Of a stretch of DNA of 64,000 bases, positions 1 to 12,236 are shown piece by piece. The stretch comes from Camelus dromedarius (taxonomy: Eukaryota): positions 39,806,001 to 39,870,000 of the forward strand of contig NC_087437.1 of the NCBI RefSeq assembly GCF_036321535.1, written 5' to 3'. A program made the position numbers and the translations under genes. The notes beneath the pieces were generated by a model. It made no database searches. It had not been told where the DNA came from and saw only the letters and a list, made by a program, of their open reading frames with translations. Each line of letters begins with the position of its first letter. Positions within the stretch are counted from its first letter, which is position 1.

Positions 1-130
1 AATGCCTAGACCTCACCCCATCCCCAAAAGATTCTGATTTGATTGATCAGGGTGGGCCTTGGGGATCAGAAGTTCTTTAAACTTCCCAGGTGATTTCCAG
101 GTGCAGCCAGGGACCACCGATGGAGAACAC
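1..130. mobile_element. MER5-family (MER5B-like) hAT-Charlie MITE, truncated by the window start
   Basis: agattctgatttgattgatcagggtgggcc...cttcccaggtgatttccaggtgcagccaggg...gagaacac resembles the 3' half of the MER5B consensus. Confidence 0.7.
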
Positions 131-2996
131 CAGCTGATGATAAAGAGGCAGTCATTTACTGGAAGAGAGAAAGAGTTGAGGCCAGGGAGGATGCTGATCC
201 TGCAGAAGTACAGTGGGAGGACAACCAAACACTTTCAACCCATCTATGACTTTCAAAAATTGTTTGCTGAATTAATTGGGTGTGGGTGTCAAGGGAAGGA
301 AATGATAGGGAAATAAATAATGGTTAAGTATCCCCTTGGAGCCAATGACCCTCTGAAGGTGGATTCTGAGGACAAAATGAGCCATCGAATAAAGATTATG
401 CAGCTCTTCAGCCACGGCTGGTGAAGCCATCATTAGGATCTATCTTTGGAATTTAATTACATAATTCACCAATCTATGTTAACTTCCCTTTTTCAGCCTG
501 TACTCCCTCAATTGAGGTAACAGGGAATTTAAAACTGGAAAAATAGTACTGCAATTCTAAGAGGGCATTGTTCTGCTGGTCTGTTGCAAATAAGAAAATA
601 ATGGCCCCACTGGTTTATACAAAACACAGTCATTTTTTTTCAGGGGTCCGTCTTTCCCTATGTTCAGGCAGCAATCATTCCATGCTTCACTATGAACGCT
701 GAATTCTGCCTACCACTGGATTGAACAAGGAGGCTGAAATTGGCCATGGGACAGAACCACTCATACACATCAGACAAGCCATGAGAAAAAACAAGAGAAA
801 ACAGGCACCAAAGAAATTGTGCTAGTGAGAAACTCAGAACTACTTGCCAAGAGCTCAGCATTTGGGATGATGTAGACTAACTTCACTTTGAATTGGGAAA
901 GATGGCATTTTCTGTACTCCCCACGCTAGTTTCCCTCATGGTAATCTTCCCTAGTCCTTTTCTGAAACAGAATACAGCATGGTCCCCCCCGTTGGCCCTC
1001 AGTGCTCCGTCAGCATGCCAAAAACCGAGGTGAGCTCAGCATGGGCTTGAAGCTTGAGGAAGACATTTTTATAAAATGGGAAAAGCTTTTTCCAGTGAAA
1101 GCACTGGAGACATTTGAATATTCTAGAAGTAAACATTCACTATAAGTGCTCAAATTCATACAGGAAAAGAAGACAACTTCAGGAACCCACAGTTGAAATA
1201 GCTAGAAATGTGTGAAGTACCTTAATTTTTGTCATTTTTGTTAGGATTCGTTTTCATTATTTATATTTCTTTTATTTGTTTTAATCCAAAGAAATGATTT
1301 GGATAAGAGGAGTTTAATAGTCAGCTTTATTGATAATTCACACTGACATTTGATTCATTATTGTAATATTGTACATTATATGTTATGTATACATATGTAT
1401 GCATAATGAATTTATTTTAAAAATAATCTATTTCTATTAAACTATAATTTCCTATAACTTCAATCCTTTTATAACAAGAAAAATTTTAATTTCGGTGTCT
1501 TTAGACATTATTTATTACTTAATAATATTTAGAGAAATAAGACACTGGCAGAACTTATGCAAAATATGTTTTTGAGCATTTTCTATTTTTTAGCATTTGG
1601 TCTTGTTAGAATTCGAAGCAGCTTTCCTGAATTCTTGGGCTTTACTGTTTCTAATGATCATCTTATATAAAATAGTAATTGTAACCCACCTGACCTCTTT
1701 ACCCTTTTCACAGAGATGTTAAAATTCCAGTGAAATCACATACTGTTCTATGTAAGTCACAGGAAGCCATCTTTTCAAAAAATATGACAGAAAGACTTGT
1801 AATAACATTTCCTGAGTACAATCTAGGGAGCTTTCAGGAGGACCATGTGAAGTCATAGAAGCAGAGCCTCCTATAAAAAGTGAGAAATATTAATAAATAA
1901 AACGTTTCTCTCTCATCAAATAAAAGCTCACCACAAAGGACTACCTCACAACCTAGAGAGAAAATATTTAACATCTTAAAACAATTCAGTGAAAATCTGA
2001 AAAGTTACATTATTTTTATACTGAGGGTATGGTTGGGTCTGGAGAAACTCAATATAAGTCACTTATCAGTGTTTAAAACAAAATACGTGTTAAATAGGCA
2101 TCAGTTGCTGACCATTTATCTTATGCTTTTAAAAGATTCTCCATTAAAACACTGTATTTCTTCCCTAAAAGTTTTGTGATAGGTTTCTAGCCATTTCCGT
2201 TTATTGCTACACACAAGAGAATGTCTGGGCAGGTGATTTACTTAAATAGATGGCTGCTAAATGAGAATGAACTTTGACTCATTTAAATTAACTCCAATAT
2301 TTATTGTTACAAGCTTGACAATGCTCTTGAAAATGATTAAGCATGAACTCCAGAATAAATGAATTTAATAAAAAGGACTAAAAAAGAACACAACATTCTA
2401 TTTAAGAGATACCACCATTGTTTTGAAATCAGGAACCCATAAAAGGTTTGACATACAGTACAACAATTAAATTTAATTTTAAAAAATCTCATTAACTTTA
2501 GATAATTTCACCTAGAGAAATTCAATGCAAGATTCTCTGGAAATGACTATTGTAACTATCCCAAAGAGAACATAGTAGTTGAGTCTTATTTGTAGACTTG
2601 GAGTGAAATAGGAGGTGAATCTGCTTTCATATATGACTGCTTCCATGGACAAGGTTGATCATCAATAGGAAAAATATACATGTGTAAAATCATTTTTTAA
2701 TTTAGGAACTATTTTTGTCAGCCTATAAATTAAATTATATGCCTCAGGGTAGCATAGGGGGAAATACAAAGTTCCACCACTGTTAATGTTTAATCTCTGC
2801 ATACAATACATAATTTTTTTAAGCAAGAAAGAAATTCAATAAGAAAAATAACTTTGATTTCCTTGCTATTGAAGCGCATTTCTCCACTGGTGCCTCTAAT
2901 GCCTCTTTATAATTCACACCAGAACGAGACCTCTCTCAGACCTATGGCTCAAAAGCTTAAGCTTGGAGGGATTTCAATTTAGTTATCGATTTCACA

Positions 2997-3000
<4 letters not shown>

Positions 3001-3037
<37 letters not shown>
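3001..3037 (+). repeat. (CA)18 microsatellite
   Basis: Read directly from the sequence. Confidence 0.97.
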
Positions 3038-3043
<6 letters not shown>

Positions 3044-3834
3044 GCTACTTTCAAGAACACATTTACTGATATTAATATTAACCTCCATCTAGTTTTAGCT
3101 TAAATGTCACTATCATAAGAAAAAAATTGATGGCTCTGATACAAACCCCCAGGGGGATCACTTCTGCCAGGAATGATTTCCTGTTGCTGTATCTGTGTAC
3201 ATCTTGTCTTGTACCTAGGAATGCACACTTTTTGTGGAAAAAGTCCCTGCCTTTATATGTACCCCTGTTCTGAAGTCTAGTCAACACTATGTACGCAGAG
3301 GTGCCCGTGATGTGTTCTCAGAAGGGAATCCTTGTAAGAGAGCATTGTTAAAACAGGACACTGCCCCTTGCTTGACCTCCAGCTTTCTACATGAATAGAT
3401 GTGAAAAGATGTAGCTGTGTGTCCAAGTGTATTTTTCACATGGTGACTAATGCTTAATATAATCTATACTCAGCCATTACAGCAAAGTAAAGATGATATC
3501 AGCAGCCAACCCAGCAGGACAGCCTATCTGTCCTTTGTAACTATTTTCAATACTGTTTACCAAAGAAGAACAAGTTTTCAAAAACCCGTTCCCTTTGTTA
3601 AGAATGCAAGAGAATTCACAGATGCTATATATTCACAAAATGCATGGGTTTAAAACAGAGCGTTTATTTGGTAGTGATGTTATCAGAAGGTGTTTGTGCT
3701 CAACTACGCTGAACAACCTGAACATCTTCAACGTGCCTCATATTTTCTCCCAATACCCAGGACTCTTAAACAAGCTGTTCCAACTGCCCTTCCCAGTTCC
3801 TACCACCGCCCCCACCCCCACCCCTTCAACTTCT

Positions 3835-4090
3835 ACTCATTCTTCAGGCACCAGCTGAAATTTCATTTCCTCCAAGAAGTTTCCCTGGATGTCTAATAAA
3901 CGAAACTAGGTCCCATAACCCTCCTCCTTCCACAGTGTAATAATTATCACCCTGGGCCATAACTGCCTATTGGCTTGTAGGTCTCATCATCCTAGACTGG
4001 CCACTCCAGAGACCTGGGCTCTCTTGATCCCCACCCACTGTGTCCAAGTGCCTGGCATGGTAGGCACTTCATAGAGAACTAATGAATTGA
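3835..4090 (+). mobile_element. L2 LINE 3' fragment
   Basis: tttcctccaagaagtttccct...ctagactg...gtgcctggcatggtaggcacttcata...aatgaattgaa resembles the L2 3' terminus. Confidence 0.65.
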
Positions 4091-4198
4091 AATGTAAATT
4101 GTGCTATGAGACAAGTGGAGTAGCTTTATGCCAAAAAACCTTTTCAGAGATGATATTTTTTTCTAAGTGATTATGGGTATTTGAGAAGTGTGTTTAAG

Positions 4199-4200
<2 letters not shown>

Positions 4201-4230
<30 letters not shown>
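4201..4230 (+). repeat. (GT)15 microsatellite
   Basis: Read directly from the sequence. Confidence 0.97.
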
Positions 4231-4231
<1 letters not shown>

Positions 4232-4833
4232 GGGAAGCATGGGAGCCTCAAGAAATGGAGAGGAAAGGGAGAGAGTGTGAGATGGATCTGTCCTCTTTGT
4301 GGGGCTATGTTCCCACACACGGCCTCTCCTTCTGCTGTCACACCACCTACTATCTTTATAAAATCCCTGCCTCCCTCACCAGATTGCAAACACCTAGAAG
4401 GTAGAAATGATGCTTTTTTGATCATTGTCCATAGTGTATTAGCAGAACAGGGTGGAGGCAACAGGAAGAAAAAAGTGGGGGATGGGGAACTATATTGTCA
4501 CACCCTCAGAGTAGATATTTAAAATCATGCAGGAAGAAATGGGTACGAGGGCTCTGTTTTTATGGCAGTCACAATAATTTAGGCCCTTCATTCAATATGA
4601 TTTCAAGGAAAGACTGTATATAGAGAGTAGCCCATAATAAATATTGGATAAATTGGGGTAATTAGGTGAGATAAATGAGATAAAGAAGGTTGTGAGCTCC
4701 ATAAAATACCTAAAACCTAGTAGGCACTCAACAAGTTCATTCCTCTTTGTTTGTGTTATAGCCTCCACCTTGGTAGCATTATATATGGGCTCTAAGTGGC
4801 ATGTGAATCCAGTGCTAAATTAGGGCCCCACAC

Positions 4834-4975
4834 CACGGGTTTTCAAAAGGTGGGCACTTGGAACTTTTCAGCCTATCCCAGACCTACTAAGTCAGAAACT
4901 TTCAGAGTAGGGCACAGCCATCTGTGCTTAAGCAAGTTCTCCGTGAGACTTACAGTTTAAGTTTGAGAACCACTG
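4834..4975 (+). mobile_element. MER5A hAT-Charlie MITE with internal deletion
   Basis: Degenerate left TIR cacgggttttcaaa, core cccagacctactaagtcagaaact, intact right TIR tttgagaaccactg. Confidence 0.8.
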
Positions 4976-5069
4976 CTCTGCACTAGTGGGGGAAACTCAC
5001 ATTTAAAACAGAGGCAAGTAATCTGGGGGGAAGCCTGAAAGGTACAGAAATAACCACCTTACCTAATTT

Positions 5070-5246
5070 CTTGCTGCTAAAAGTATGATTCCTGAACCAG
5101 CATCACATCACCTGGGAGCTTATGAGAAATGCTGGACCTCGGGCCCCATCCGAAACCTACTGAATCAGAAATTGCATTTTAATAAGATCCCCAGGTGATT
5201 TGTATTTTCATTAAAGTATCACATCCATTAAAGTATGTGAAGCTGG
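5070..5246 (+). mobile_element. MER5A1-like hAT-Charlie MITE
   Basis: catcacctgggagcttatgagaaatgc...gggccccatcc...acctactgaatcagaaattgcattttaataagatccccaggtgatttgta. The motif cattaaagtat is locally duplicated near the 3' end. Confidence 0.85.
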
Positions 5247-8200
5247 TATAATGAATATTTTGAGTAGAAAATGAACTGTGGGAGGGGAGAAAAATGAGTA
5301 GAGATTACATTAAAAAATTAAACAAAAATCTCCAATGTTTCTCATACAGAGAGGTTGTATAGAAAGTAATGGGCATTTGTTTTATCACAAGCAATTTCTC
5401 TAATTAAATTTTATGTTATCCAGTGTAAGCCAGATATTTGGTGTGGGGCTGGCGGGACCCCACCGCATTTTAACTGTGCTTTCCAACAAGAGAGTAAGAT
5501 GACAGGGTGAGAAAAAGTAGGCCACATTTTCAAGCCCAAGACATGTGAAATGAATAGACTGTGTAATTGTAGCTGGGGAACGTAAACACTGCAAGTGAAT
5601 TTTTAAATTCTCCATCTTTTGTCCCACATTTCTACCTATCTGTGCATTTTTCACATATTTAACAAGTAATACTTTTATCACCATGATTTTGCTATTGATT
5701 GCTTCTTTAACAACAAAATGCATCACAAACAAAAATGAATGAAGCTGTCTGAGGAGAAAATTCCATAGTAGCTTTACTGTCAATGCCCATCATAAATAAC
5801 CGTGACATCACAGGAGCCTTATCTACGGGTTGCCGCTACTGATCGATGGCATCACTCTAGTGGTGTAAATAGCTTCTAATGTCCCATCTTCCACCTTCAA
5901 ATAGGCTCTGATTATTTATGATAGCTGTTAGGTTACAAGTCTGAGCTGTGGTTTGGATTTATTTTCTACTTATAGCTGCTGTGGATTTCAAGTTAGATAG
6001 GATTATTTTTTAGTTAAGATGATAAACTGAGATAGAACTGTCATCGAGCCGGGTACACCATCATCTCGTCTGGTTGGTGTCACCATTTGACTATGAATTC
6101 ACAGTGCCAGAATGCTTTCGGTATTATCGTTGTCAACCAAGAAATATTAAAAGATAGCAGTTAATCATTGGTTTTTGCAACACACACAAAAAAAAAAAAC
6201 CACCGGAGGCAGCTTTCTACACAATTAAAATGTTTTTAAAATACAGTTAGCCTTTTGTTACTGAATTGTGAAGAAGCATATCATCTACATTGTATGTATT
6301 TTATGATAATGAAAGTGTTTCAACTTGAATATGACAGCTAGAGATGACTGAGGAGGTAAAAGGAAATCCATCACCTCTCATGCAAGGTATTCTTCATAAT
6401 CATAAAAGAGACTGACAGGTAACTTGGGCAAGAATACATTTTTGCAGAGAGATATGAGCTGTGTCTACATGATACAAGCAGGTGAAACCCCAAAATCTGT
6501 CAATTATCCAGATATTTTGTTAATATAATAACAAATATTTGAATCATTCTGAACAGTAGATAGACATGGTAAGTTATCAAAAATGTTTATGAATTAGATC
6601 AGAGTGATAGATCATATTTTTCATTTTTTCAGCTTTTTAATCATTATGTAAATAAAGGATTTTTCTTCTGATTTTCCACTTTTATTAGGATTTGATCAAT
6701 TCATTATTCGAATTTCCTCTACTTTAAGTCCTTCTTTCTCACTCAGAAAACTGTGCTAAAAATATGTTTTCAAAAAGCAAGGAAAAGGTTTTCACCACAC
6801 AAAACAGTGTGTGGTGAATACTCCACAGCTACATTCTTTATGTGTTTCATGACAAATTTAAAAGAAAATTCAATAGTTATGAGACTATTTAAAAATTTCA
6901 TATTTCATCATTTATCCTGTCATATCTTATGATTAATCAGTTAACAAAGCTTCTAATGAAATATGGGTAATATTTAAACGTCCGTTATAGTAAAATTTTC
7001 TTTCCTAATAAATTGTGGATTATTTTGTATGACTTTTAATTATACATAAGATAACTGCTGTATTTGGCATTTCTCAGTGGTTTTTAATCTGTATAAAAAA
7101 TAACTGGAAACCAGTTTGCCCCTCACAACATTTTTGCAAACACATTAACAGTGAGAGTAGATCTAAACTTAATCATGGCAAAAAAAGTAACTACCTATTT
7201 GAAAATGTCCTTCCTAACTCTACCAAATTATGAAATTATTACTATAAGCAATCCATCTTTCCATTGTACTCACAGAATTTTCACCTGGCCAATTGCACAT
7301 TGCTCTTATAAAGTTATTTTGAGGGCTACTCTCTATATTTAAACATACATATATTTAAAATGAAAAGACATGCATTTTAATGTGGATAAAGCAACTGCTT
7401 GATGATGTATAAAATGAAAACAGAGGGTTCCCCTCCAAAGATTGTTGCCCTTATGTGAATTTTGTGATAATCATTCAACACTAGGCTATTTCCCTTTCTA
7501 ATGGTAGCTATTTAAATATTCCTTCCCAATATGCTTTGCACTCCTAAAGGTGTTAAGTAAACTGAAAATCTCAGTAGAGAGAAAGAGGGAATGTGGCCGC
7601 TAGGAGCTGACAATAGCTGTTTTGTCACATGTCGGCCCTGGTACTTACTCAGGAACTGGGGATTCGTCGAGCCAGCTGATGCCAGGGGAGGATGATTTAT
7701 TGCCTGGTGTCCTCGGTGGCAATTGGACCCATTCCCACTGTCACTCACAACTTGCAAAGATTGTGTCTTAAAGAAGAGGTTCCCCTCCGTTCTAAAGAGA
7801 TTACAATGCTTGTCATAAAGTGTCTTTTAGCAGAGGGAAACGGGTATGAAAACAGGCAAAGAAAGGGAACAATCAGAAGAGGAGAGAAGATGGATGTTCT
7901 GTAACCTTTTCTCAGAGACCCATTTCTTCTACTTTTTCTCCTGTCTTTAGCAGGTTTTTGTTTTGGCTGATGACAATGCGGAATAGCCTGATAAATTGAT
8001 TTTGTGAGTCCTTTTTTCTCATCTCTTGAGAAGACACTAACTCGTTGGGACTTCAGAGGGCTCGCAGAGGCAGGAGACAACAATTAGTTTGTTGAAGATG
8101 TCAGAAAGTAGCTTCAGAGTTTTGCCAGGAGAAATCCTTACTGACAGATCAGTGCTGACAATGTTGGCAGCTGCTTGAAAAGTTCAGCAAGCAGCTCCAG

Positions 8201-9302
8201 CATCTCAGGGTCCAAGGAGGAAGCTGCTGCACATTAACTCTACACTCTGGCTCTGTCCTCAGTGCTGTGAATTCCTCCTGACTCACCAGGATTAAAAGAG
8301 CATGTTGTATTTTTTTTTTTTTAAGTCTAAGAACTGGATTCTACAAAACCTTTTGTTAAATATCTTCTTTAATAGCTCAACAAACAAAAAACTAAATCTT
8401 ATAGTATTGCTGTTAATTTAAATTTAAATCAGCGCCTAAATAAATCTCTGCAACCATTTTCAAAACCTTTTATGTCCTGCACAATTTCAAATTTACTTTT
8501 CCATATGTAAAAATATACACTGCTTGGCACTTGACTCTTTAGAACATATTAATTTCAATAAATCTTTTTAAGGGACCAACTTGACATATGTTAAGGAGAC
8601 AAAATACTCTGGTTTGAACATACTTAAATTAGTTGAGCACTTTGCAGTACCATCCTTGAAATTATTAAACATTATTAACATTCAGATTTACTGCCTAAAA
8701 CCTTTGCTTTAAAATTACGGAATGACAGGCTCAAAGTGTTGCTTTTTTAATATAAAATAACCTCACTTTTCTAACTTGAAGACATAAAATTGGCAATTTC
8801 TCGGAAACTCTGAAACTAACATAAAATCTCATTACATTTTGGTAAATGTTATAAATATTAGTATTTCCCCCTCGGCATGAAAAAAAATCAAATGATTGAT
8901 CCTGGTAATGCATAAAAACAAAATTTTATGTTTTGGTTGCCTTATAACTACTTACTTTTAAAGCTGTATAATTTGGAATACTATACTCTGTGTATATGTG
9001 AACATGTGTGTGTCTACAGCATGTTAATTACACATGTGTGTGTTTTTCTGTAAAATTATCACTTTAGACTTGGTGTCCTAGAAGTTGTAATATAACAAGA
9101 AGTTTTTCCAGGCATTTAATCTTTCAGGACGTTTCCCAGATAAACACAGAGCTAAACGTAAAACCTCTACATTTTGAAGAACGCTACATCAACCACTGAG
9201 TGTTTCTCATATTTCTGACAAAAAAGTATGAAGTGCCCAAGTTAGACAAATAATGGGAGGTGTAAATGGGCTCATATTAAATATTCTACAGTGAAGAGTT
9301 CC

Positions 9303-9468
9303 AGGGAAAGCCCTGAGAGTAAAGCAGTGTGGATTCTAGACTTGGTTTTGCCAGCAACTAGCAAGTGACATTGAGCCTCTCTGGGCCCCACTTTCCTCAT
9401 CAGTAAAACAAAGGGTTAATCAGGATGCTCTCTCAAAGGACCCTTTCCAGAGACCTAAAGTTATAGGA
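9303..9468 (+). mobile_element. MIR-family SINE (MIR3/MIRc-like)
   Basis: CORE ctctctgggccccactttcctcatcagtaaaa with 3' tail tctcaaaggaccctttccag. Confidence 0.7.
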
Positions 9469-11219
9469 TGATTACCGTTTCAAACTACTGACTCGGCATG
9501 GTCCACTCGGCATAATAGAAGAATTTAGCCAGAATGAGGTCTCTCAGACAAAAACCATTGCATATGTGAAGGGCCAATGCCACTTTCTGAAACTTGAGGA
9601 GCAACTGTACAGATTTGGGGGTACCCAGTTCTTTGATTCCTGGGGGACATTCTTTCCGTGAACTTTTGGTTTCTTTACCTGTATTAAAAGAATGAATAGA
9701 AGAAGAACCAGAGAGGTGAAATTCATCACAGACTTTGCTGATCTGCTGCCCAATAAAACTTGGCGGGAATGAAGTGAGAATTTGGTACTGAAATCAGATA
9801 GAGAGGTTCTTCTAGAGTTTATCCCTGTGACTACTGCCTGCCACACGTTATCACGGTGTTAATATGGCTGTTAGGGAATAAATGCATTTAACAGTTAATG
9901 TTAACTCCGCAGAAATAAATTACGTGGTCAAATTGTTCGTTAAATGCATTAATCCTGTTGTAAGGGACCTGCATCATAGCAATAATTGCACTGTCATTTC
10001 AAAGCTTTTAAAAGCAAATCAATCCAAATTATATCAACTTGACTTATACCTTCCCAGCAGCAGCACTTTAGTACTGAATAACAAATTGGCAATAAAAGAC
10101 AGCTTCTGATGTATTTGAAAAGCAGTTTGAAAGCTTTTCACATTTTTTGGCTAAACTAAGAGTTTAAGGGTTAGGAAGGAAAAAAAAAAAAAGCATCATG
10201 GCGCAATAGGTTGGACCCAAGTTTTTCCCATTTTACTTCCTGAGCCAAGCTATACAATTAATTCACTTTACATATCTTCATAATATTTGTCACGACTATT
10301 GCAATAGATACAACCAGCACTTCAATCACAACAGCAAACAGAGTTCTACTGGGTAACAAAAACTCCTCCGCACAACAGGAGACTTTTAAAATTCAAGCAC
10401 TCTAAACTTAGCAGCACCCCTGAGAGCCACAAATTGAGAGAGATTAGTTCTGTGCCCCTGCACCCCCTTATTACCAGGAGAGCTGAAGTAGGTCAATGTA
10501 AGTTAATCTCCTGAATTCCATTTCTGCACACGGATGTTAGACCAGCCATTACTGCATACTGGCTAATGTCTTTAAACTACATGTATGCAAAATTAGTACT
10601 CAGCGTGCCCAGCCAATATGAAATATAAATAGAAGGAAATGCCTTGAAGTGAATTTACTGTAATGACATTGCATGATACAGTAACGAAGGAAACATACGA
10701 ACATGTGTTACCTTTAGTCTATCTAGAGCCAACATGGGGGAAAACAATGAAAACCAATTGCCCAAGTGCTGAATTTTTCCCTAATAAACCATAACACACA
10801 GATGAAGAGATATTAGTCAACATAAATATCTATGAAACTTCAGCTACGGTATGCCTCCATCCCCCATTTGAAAAAGCAAGGCAAATTGCTCATGTGGAGG
10901 GAGATGAAGTTTTAAGCGAGGCAAGACTGCCATCACTCTGCAAAGGTACAATGTTTTCCATTCTTTAGGGGAGGGAAAAAAAACAGGCGTACATGTCAGC
11001 ACGAAGCTAGTAAAATCAGGACTCTGCTTGTCCAGAAGGCCTCATAACAACCTAATTGCCTTACCCCTCTCAGCCTGCAGCCGGGTCAAACCACTCCTCT
11101 TCTGTTTTCGTTATTGACTGCATAGTTTCAGAAGTGATAAATGCCGTAATTTCTTTGTAAAATTAAATGAACCATTATCTCGTGTTTTGAAGAGCTCTAT
11201 TTCGTTCTGAAAATGCTTT

Positions 11220-11415
11220 CACATTCTAACTTATTCCATATGATCGTCACAATAACCCAAGATTGGGAGGATTCAACAGGAAATATTACCCTGGGTACAA
11301 GAATGAGACATACGTTAAATAAATTAAATTATCCAATTAATAACCAGAGGATCCGACTCCTACTCCTACCTCTGTCACTAATTAGATGTGTGACCATGGA
11401 TAAGTCATTTTATCT
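11220..11415. mobile_element. Degenerate MIR fragments
   Basis: ctctgtcactaattagatgtgtgaccatggataagtcatt (+) is preceded by a weak antisense MIR-like stretch. Confidence 0.5.
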
Positions 11416-11419
11416 TTAA

Positions 11420-12120
11420 CAAGCACAGGAAAAAAATGTTGACTTAAGTGACAGTTCAAGGAATAAAAAAACACAAATGGCCCTTAACTATGTGGGAAAA
11501 CAAAGCTTAGCCGCACTCTCAGAATAAGAGAAATGTAAATTAAAAACACACTGAAATATCATCTTTTACCTATGATTGGAAAAGGTCAAGTAACTTGGTA
11601 TTATACCATGCTGATTTGTAGGAGTGGGCAAATCGGCACCTTCAGATGCTGCTGCTGGGAGGATTGGTTAATACAACTATGTAAAACTGGCAAAACCTGA
11701 AACAGAGATGCACATACTCTTTGACTCATCTAGTTCACTTCTAGGAATTTATTCTGTAGATATTCTCACACAGCTCCCAAATGCTCCATGTACAAAGTTA
11801 TTCATTTATCATTGTTTGAAATAGCAAATAATAATAATAATAATAAAACTTACGGTACACACATTCAACAGAATACTACACCACAAATAAAAAAGAACGA
11901 GCAGGTTCTTTACACATTGATATGGGATGATCTGCAAGATAAATAGTAGAGTGAGAAAAAAGCAAACTGCAGAACGGTGCATTTATAAAACTTATGTAAA
12001 AGAGAAAAGCAAAGATACGCATTTTTGCTTCTACATGGATGTGATACCTCTAGAAAGATACACAATAAACACATTGGTTGTGCCTCTGGGAGGGAGTTAA
12101 GATGAAGGGAGACAAGTGTG
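11420..12120 (+). mobile_element. Ancient L1 (L1ME-type), ORF2 3' end and 3' UTR
   Basis: acacaaatggccc...ataagagaaatgtaaattaaaa...tttgactca...cacttctaggaatttat...cattgtttgaaatagcaaa...gaatactac...gagtgagaaaaaagcaa. Confidence 0.8.
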
Positions 12121-12159
12121 CTTATTTAATTAAATAAATATTTTAAAGAATTAAGTAGC

Positions 12160-12236
12160 TAGCTATCCAGCTATATAGATACAGATAGATATGTAGACTA
12201 TAGATAGATGAATAGATACGTAGACATAGCTAGAGA
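12160..12236 (+). repeat. Degenerate (TAGA)n simple repeat
   Basis: tatagatacagatagatatgtagactatagatagatgaatagatacgtagacatag. Confidence 0.7.

Noticed and set aside
4171..4522. ORFs with CVCV/THTH runs (also at 63353-63707)
   Set aside because: These are translations of (GT)n/(CA)n microsatellites.
5848..5866. CTCF-like CCACTAGAGTGATG (similar cases near 7597, 23045, 25681 and 58812)
   Set aside because: Each has several mismatches or a gap at core consensus positions.
8165..8199. Hairpin agctgcttg...caagcagct as a pre-miRNA
   Set aside because: The stem is only 9-12 bp, too short for a Drosha substrate and expected by chance.
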